Source: Chthoniobacteraceae bacterium
GTDB taxonomy: Bacteria; Verrucomicrobiota; Verrucomicrobiia; Chthoniobacterales; Chthoniobacteraceae
Assembly: GCA_031409655.1 (NCBI GenBank)
Contig: JANNXQ010000239.1
Location: 1 to 64,000, forward strand
DNA length: 64,000 nucleotides
Direction of reading: 5' to 3'
Numbering within the stretch: position 1 is the stretch's first letter; each line of letters begins with the position of its first letter. Shown in pieces: positions 59,426-64,000 of this stretch. The notes below the pieces were generated by a model. The model was not told the origin of the DNA. It ran no database searches and was given only the letters and a program-made list of their open reading frames with translations. The position numbers were made by a program, and so were the translations under genes.

Positions 59426-60388
59426 ATGAGCACGCCTGCCGCCGCCCGCCCCCGCCTTGCGTGGCTCGATCTCTTCCGCGGCGCGTGTGTCCTGGGGATG
59501 ATCGAGACGCACGTCTTGAATACCTTCCTCGCCGGCTCCTTCCGCGGGATGCCGTGGTTTGGCTGGCTGACTTACTTTGATGGCTTGATCGCCCCGGCGT
59601 TTCTCTTCATCGCTGGCTACGCGCAGGGTCTCGGGATGCGGCACTCGGACGGCGTCCGGCGAGGATGGGGGAGAAAGGTGCGGCGTCTCGGGGAAGTCTG
59701 GCTCCTGGGTTACGCGCTCCATTTTCCCGCGCCGCAACTCTTCGCCGGACAATGGAGCGAAGCGGTGCGGATCGGGACGCAGGTCGATGTCCTGCAATGC
59801 CTCGCCGTCTCGCTCGCCGTGCTCCTCGCCTGCGAATGCTGGGCCCGGCGCGGGGTGGATGCGCTCGCCAAAATCCTCGGCGCACTCGCCGTCTTCGCGA
59901 CGCCGTGGGTGGCGGGCTGGCGTTTCGAGCCTGATTGGCTTCTCGGTTACTTCAATGCGAGCACCGGCTCGCTTTTCCCGCTGCTGCCGTGGGCCGGATT
60001 CGTCTGCGCTGGTTTCCTCGCGAGTTCCGCAGTGCGTTGGTTTTCCTGCGAGTCGCTGCTGAACTTCGCGCTCCTCGCGGTGCTCGCGTTTCTCCTCCCA
60101 GGTTCTTCGGGCTTCTTTGTGCAGCGTCTTTTGTGGCTCCTCGCGGCGGTGCCGCTCGTGCAGTGGATCGCGGCCCGCTGGCAGCCAGGCTGGCTGCTCT
60201 TCATCGGCCGCGAATCACTGGTCATCTACGCTGCGCACCTTCTGCTCATCGAAGTCCTGGTGATGACTATGGTGCCGCGGAGCAGTCTCGGAATTCCCAG
60301 TTGCGTCGCGCTTCTGATCATAGTGGCGGCGGCGGCCTATGGTGTTGCTGTCCTGTGGCGCAAGTGGCGGTCGGGAACTCCATCTTAG
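59426..60388 (+). CDS. DUF1624/HGSNAT-like membrane acyltransferase
   Basis: RLAWLDLFRG..MIETH, APAFLFIAG, DVLQC, FPLLPW, GRESLVIY. Confidence 0.8.
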   Translation: MSTPAAARPRLAWLDLFRGACVLGMIETHVLNTFLAGSFRGMPWFGWLTYFDGLIAPAFLFIAGYAQGLGMRHSDGVRRGWGRKVRRLGEVWLLGYALHFPAPQLFAGQWSEAVRIGTQVDVLQCLAVSLAVLLACECWARRGVDALAKILGALAVFATPWVAGWRFEPDWLLGYFNASTGSLFPLLPWAGFVCAGFLASSAVRWFSCESLLNFALLAVLAFLLPGSSGFFVQRLLWLLAAVPLVQWIAARWQPGWLLFIGRESLVIYAAHLLLIEVLVMTMVPRSSLGIPSCVALLIIVAAAAYGVAVLWRKWRSGTPS

Positions 60389-60396
60389 AGCAAGTA

Positions 60397-60451
60397 TGCC
60401 GACAGGCCACTCGCTGCTCCGCGCCAGGTAAAGCGAGCGGGCCTGTCGGCA
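60397..60451. terminator. Long hairpin between convergent genes
   Basis: TGCCGACAGGCC-ACTCGCT ... AGCGAGCG-GGCCTGTCGGCA. Confidence 0.5.
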
Positions 60452-60473
60452 CACTCGATCTACGCATTTCCCA

Positions 60474-61013
60474 TCACCGTCGCATTTCCACGCTCGAATC
60501 TACCCGCATCGGTTCATCGAGAACGAAGCGATGATCGAAGCCCAAAGGGAAACGGAAGGTGGGATCGGCGTGGACCCACATGTGATACTCGTTGGCGGTG
60601 TCCACGAGGCGGCTCTCTGCCGGGAAAAGTTCCATGGCCTCGTATTCCGGTCCCACTAGCTCGTTCTTGATCCGCTGGAGATGCCTCCACTCCTTGCACG
60701 CGCCGCCGTCGTGCCGGCAGATGTCGAGGTGGATGAAGGGCGGCGAGTTTTTCACTTCCACGCGATAGATGTTGTTCACGTAGATGTTCAGGGAAGTCAT
60801 CCGGAGGAGGGCTTGCTCAATCCAGAACAACTTCTCCTCGACGGAAGGCACGCGGCCTCCGAAGAAGTCTTTGAAGAACTCGAGGGGCTTGGTGAGGAAG
60901 GCTTGGCGCTGGATCATCGGGGTGGCGGGATCGAGGGCCATTCTCTGGAACGGGGTCATGCTTGCGACGCCTGAACCAACGGTGCTTGGGGAGGGGGAGG
61001 GGGCGGTTTCCAT
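60474..61013 (-). CDS. Hypothetical protein with WxxLQxIKNExxG..EAxExxP..SRLVD..NxYHxW domain
   Basis: Coherent codon usage and a recognisable conserved small-domain motif; start uncertain. Confidence 0.7.
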   Translation of the reverse strand: METAPSPSPSTVGSGVASMTPFQRMALDPATPMIQRQAFLTKPLEFFKDFFGGRVPSVEEKLFWIEQALLRMTSLNIYVNNIYRVEVKNSPPFIHLDICRHDGGACKEWRHLQRIKNELVGPEYEAMELFPAESRLVDTANEYHMWVHADPTFRFPLGFDHRFVLDEPMRVDSSVEMRR

Positions 61014-61110
61014 TTGGGAGGCACGATTGAACCGCGCCACCACTTGCCTGGCAAAAGACATGCCATGTAGGGGAAACCGCCACAAACCTCGCTCCTCCGC
61101 TACAAAGTCA

Positions 61111-61782
61111 TCAGGACTCTTGTGCGTCCACCCACTTGGCTGCGTGCTGGTAGAGGTCCGCTGCGTTCCTCAAGCCGAGCTTCTCCTTGATCCGCGCGCG
61201 ATAGGTTTCGACGGTCGATTCGCCCAGATGGAGTTGCTGAGCGATTTCGCGTGAGTTATGGCCGCGGCCAACGAGCTGAAAGACCTCCAGTTCGCGATCC
61301 GCGAGTTGCGCGATGCCAAACTGGGCCTGGGGCGTGCGCCGGCCCGTGACCTTCTCCAGCATCGCCGCAGTCATGGCTTCACTGAGATAAACCTGACCGG
61401 CGAGCACATGGAGGATCGCACGGGTCAGGGTCGAGGAGGCTTCGTGCTTGGAGATGTAGCCGCGCGCCCCGGCGCGCAAGGCACGCTCTGCGTAGAGCGA
61501 CTCGTCGTGCATTGAGAGCACCAGCACCGGCACGGTGAGATCGTGAGCTTTCAGATCTTTGATCAGTTCCAGCCCGCTCGAACCGCGCAAGGTGAGGTCA
61601 ATGATGGCGATGTCGGGCTTTGAACTTTGAATAAGTCGAAGTCCGTCGGTGATATTGTCCGCCTCGCCGCAAACGCTCAAGCCAGGCTCACGAACGATCA
61701 TGTGAGCCAGCCACTCGCGAAACATCTCGTGGTCTTCGACGATGACCACGCGCCTAGTTTCCTGCTCAATCGGTGGCTTCAT
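61111..61782 (-). CDS. NarL/LuxR-family response regulator
   Basis: IVEDHEMFR, LVLSMHDE, LADRELEVFQL, TVETYRARIKEKL. Confidence 0.95.
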   Translation of the reverse strand: MKPPIEQETRRVVIVEDHEMFREWLAHMIVREPGLSVCGEADNITDGLRLIQSSKPDIAIIDLTLRGSSGLELIKDLKAHDLTVPVLVLSMHDESLYAERALRAGARGYISKHEASSTLTRAILHVLAGQVYLSEAMTAAMLEKVTGRRTPQAQFGIAQLADRELEVFQLVGRGHNSREIAQQLHLGESTVETYRARIKEKLGLRNAADLYQHAAKWVDAQES

Positions 61783-62788
61783 AGGAGAGAGGGATGATGC
61801 ATCGAATCACGGTGCCGCCGGCGGGTTGACTTTCAATGGTAAACTCCCCGCTGATGGCTTCCGTTCGGTAGCGCATGGTGTTCAGGCCGAGTCCTCGAGA
61901 GCGCGCGGCGTCTGGGGCGAAGCCCTTGCCGTCATCGGTGATCGTCAGTAATAAAGCCGGGCCTGTTGTCTTGAGGTTGATGGTGACTTGACTGGCGCGC
62001 CCATGCTTGAGCGCGTTACTCACGGCTTCCTGAGTGATTCGATAGAGGTGCAGGGCTGCCTCGTCCGGGATCTCAGGGAGAGATGGGTCAATCTCTGCGG
62101 TCACGGTGATCCGCCCCGCTATGCAGGTGCTGTTCGCCAGATCTTCGAGTGCTGTTGGCAGCCCGTCGCCAGCGAGTTGTGGGGGGTAAATGCCGCGGGC
62201 GAGGTTGCGCGCTTCGATTAACGCATTTTTCAGCAGTTTTTGAATCACGCCAGCCGCTGCGGCATCAGGGAGGGACTGCGCTTCGAGATTGGCGCGCAGG
62301 CATTCCGCGGCGCAGTCGATGGCTGCCAGGTTCTGGCAGAGTCCATCGTGCAAGTCCTGGCCGATGCGCATGCGCTCGCGTTCGCTCGTGCGCAAAATCT
62401 CCTGCTCCAGTTCACGCGCCCGGCTCATCGCCTCGACGCGCGCTCGACTCTCGTCCCGATAGTGCCTCATCGCGGTGGCACCTACGGCCACGAAGACGAA
62501 GTAAGCCCCCCGATTCATGGATGCCCAGACGTAGGTGCCGCGACTGGGATATGGTTGGTCCGTGAGATTCGCCATGAACCAGGCGATCCCGCAGAAGAGG
62601 GCGATGAGAATAGCGGAAGTTTGGTTGGCAAACCAAACCACAATCAGGATGGGCACTGCATAGAAAACGAAGAAGCTGTACCCCCAACCGGTGGCGAAAT
62701 CGAGCAAGGCGATGACCACTACGGTGATCGTCGCCGCGAGGAGGATCCAAGCCTTGTGATGGGCCAGCAGGATGGGGCTCAAATTCAT
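61766..62788 (-). CDS. Membrane sensor histidine kinase (HisKA_3)
   Basis: N-terminal TMs; ERMRIGQDLHDGLCQ, LYRITQEAVSNALKHG, DDGKGF, GLGL. Confidence 0.92.
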   Translation of the reverse strand: MNLSPILLAHHKAWILLAATITVVVIALLDFATGWGYSFFVFYAVPILIVVWFANQTSAILIALFCGIAWFMANLTDQPYPSRGTYVWASMNRGAYFVFVAVGATAMRHYRDESRARVEAMSRARELEQEILRTSERERMRIGQDLHDGLCQNLAAIDCAAECLRANLEAQSLPDAAAAGVIQKLLKNALIEARNLARGIYPPQLAGDGLPTALEDLANSTCIAGRITVTAEIDPSLPEIPDEAALHLYRITQEAVSNALKHGRASQVTINLKTTGPALLLTITDDGKGFAPDAARSRGLGLNTMRYRTEAISGEFTIESQPAGGTVIRCIIPLSYEATD

Positions 62789-62907
62789 GAGATAACGGCT
62801 TTCGGGGGGGCGCACGGCGCGCGATCCATCACTGGGAAAACTCATAGTTGAAGGGCTCGTCTGAGGGCGAGCCTAAACTTGAAAAGCGCGCAGGATCTTC
62901 TGAGTCG

Positions 62908-63819
62908 CTACCGCCGCGCCCGGGGGTCGAGCGCGTCGCGGAGGGCGTCGCCCAGAAAATTCAGCGCCAGCAACGTGATGGACATAACTCCGGCGGGGAA
63001 GACGAGCAGCCACCAGTGACTGCGGATGGGATTGATGGCCAGCGCGCCTTCCGCCAGCATGCTGCCCCAACTGGCCTGGGGCGCCTGCACGCCGAGGCCG
63101 AGGAAGCTGAGGAAACTTTCATCCAGGATGACCGCCGGGATGGTCAGCGTGAGATAGACGACCACGATGCCGACGAGATTCGGGAGCAGATGACGAAGGA
63201 TGATTTTCGGGTGGCTTTGCCCGAGGCTGCGCGCGGCGACGACGAACTGCTGCGCTTTCAGCGCGAGCACCTGGCCACGGACGATGCGCGCCATGGTGAG
63301 CCATTCGATGAGGCCGAGGCTGACGATGAGGATGAGCACTTTCGAGTAACCGACGAGCGCTCCACCGGCGATCCCCGCGAGCCATTCCTTGACCTTCGGA
63401 TCGAAGATGAAGCTCACGAGAATGATGATGATCAGGCGCGGGATGGCGTAGAGGATTTCCACGAGGCGCATCATCAGCGCGTCGGTCTTGCCGCCAACGT
63501 AGCCGGAGATCATGCCGTAAGTGGTGCCGACGAAGAAGCTGACCATGGCGCCGCAAAAGCCGACGAGCAGCGAGATGCGCGCGCCTTCGATGGTGCGGGC
63601 GAAGACGTCGCGGCCATTCACATCCGTCCCGAAAAGATGCGTGCGATCCGGTGGAAAAAACTGATCGCCCGAGAGCGCGTGCGGTTGGGTGCGGAAGATC
63701 GTCGGACCGAAGATCGCGATGAAGGCGATGAAGGCGAGGATGGCCATCGAAGCGACGGCGACGGGATTGCGCAGCAGGCGGCGCCAGGCTCCCGGCGGGG
63801 GAGGCAGGGCGTCAGTCAT
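62908..63819 (-). CDS. oppC: Oligopeptide ABC permease OppC
   Basis: HLFGTDVNGRDV, FVVAARSLG, RHLLPN, NFLGDALRDALDP. Confidence 0.93.
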   Translation of the reverse strand: MTDALPPPPGAWRRLLRNPVAVASMAILAFIAFIAIFGPTIFRTQPHALSGDQFFPPDRTHLFGTDVNGRDVFARTIEGARISLLVGFCGAMVSFFVGTTYGMISGYVGGKTDALMMRLVEILYAIPRLIIIILVSFIFDPKVKEWLAGIAGGALVGYSKVLILIVSLGLIEWLTMARIVRGQVLALKAQQFVVAARSLGQSHPKIILRHLLPNLVGIVVVYLTLTIPAVILDESFLSFLGLGVQAPQASWGSMLAEGALAINPIRSHWWLLVFPAGVMSITLLALNFLGDALRDALDPRARR

Positions 63820-64000
63820 AGAGTTTGATGCGGCGATCGAGCAGGGTATAAGCGAGATCGACGGCGAGATTCAGCACCACGAGCAGCGCGCAATAGACGA
63901 TGATGATGCCGCTGAGCAGGAAGACATCGCGGTTGATGATCGAGTTCACAAAGAAGCTGCCCGCACCGGGGATGGCGAAGATGGCTTCGATGACGATGGA
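63812..64000 (-). CDS. oppB: Oligopeptide ABC permease OppB, 3' end (partial)
   Basis: Minus strand IEAIFAIPGAGSFFVNSIINRDVFLLSG...VDLAYTLLDRRIKLYD*, overlapping the oppC start. Confidence 0.88.
   Translation of the reverse strand, partial: SIVIEAIFAIPGAGSFFVNSIINRDVFLLSGIIIVYCALLVVLNLAVDLAYTLLDRRIKLYD

Overview
GC-rich bacterial chromosome segment. Gene content (DUF1080 and DUF1501 proteins, short AtpH, LpxL-WaaF fusion, Bat operon, PUR-repeat protein) suggests Verrucomicrobiota, probably Chthoniobacterales-like; this taxonomy is inferred. It is mostly housekeeping: an F1Fo atpBEFHAGDC operon behind a perfect Rex/CRP-type palindrome, secG, peptide ABC transporters, moxR-DUF58-batABDE, proBA, gmhA, rlmH, ppdK, rsmH, a GT4/GH130 pair, two-component systems and a hicBA toxin-antitoxin pair. 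No rRNA, tRNA, CRISPR array or transposase was seen. The most unusual signal is six hairpin elements made of inverted arrays of 7-bp tandem repeats. One pair of arms brackets a four-helix-bundle (23S rRNA IVP/Avd-like) gene inserted in the bat operon. The other five carry no such gene and sit at operon junctions or in-frame inside proteins. In the four copies read through in frame, the G/T-rich arm departs from its partner arm exactly where an in-frame TGA would fall. At least two separate REP-like palindrome families are also present. Start codons were adjusted by eye and all family calls come from motif recognition, not database searches.
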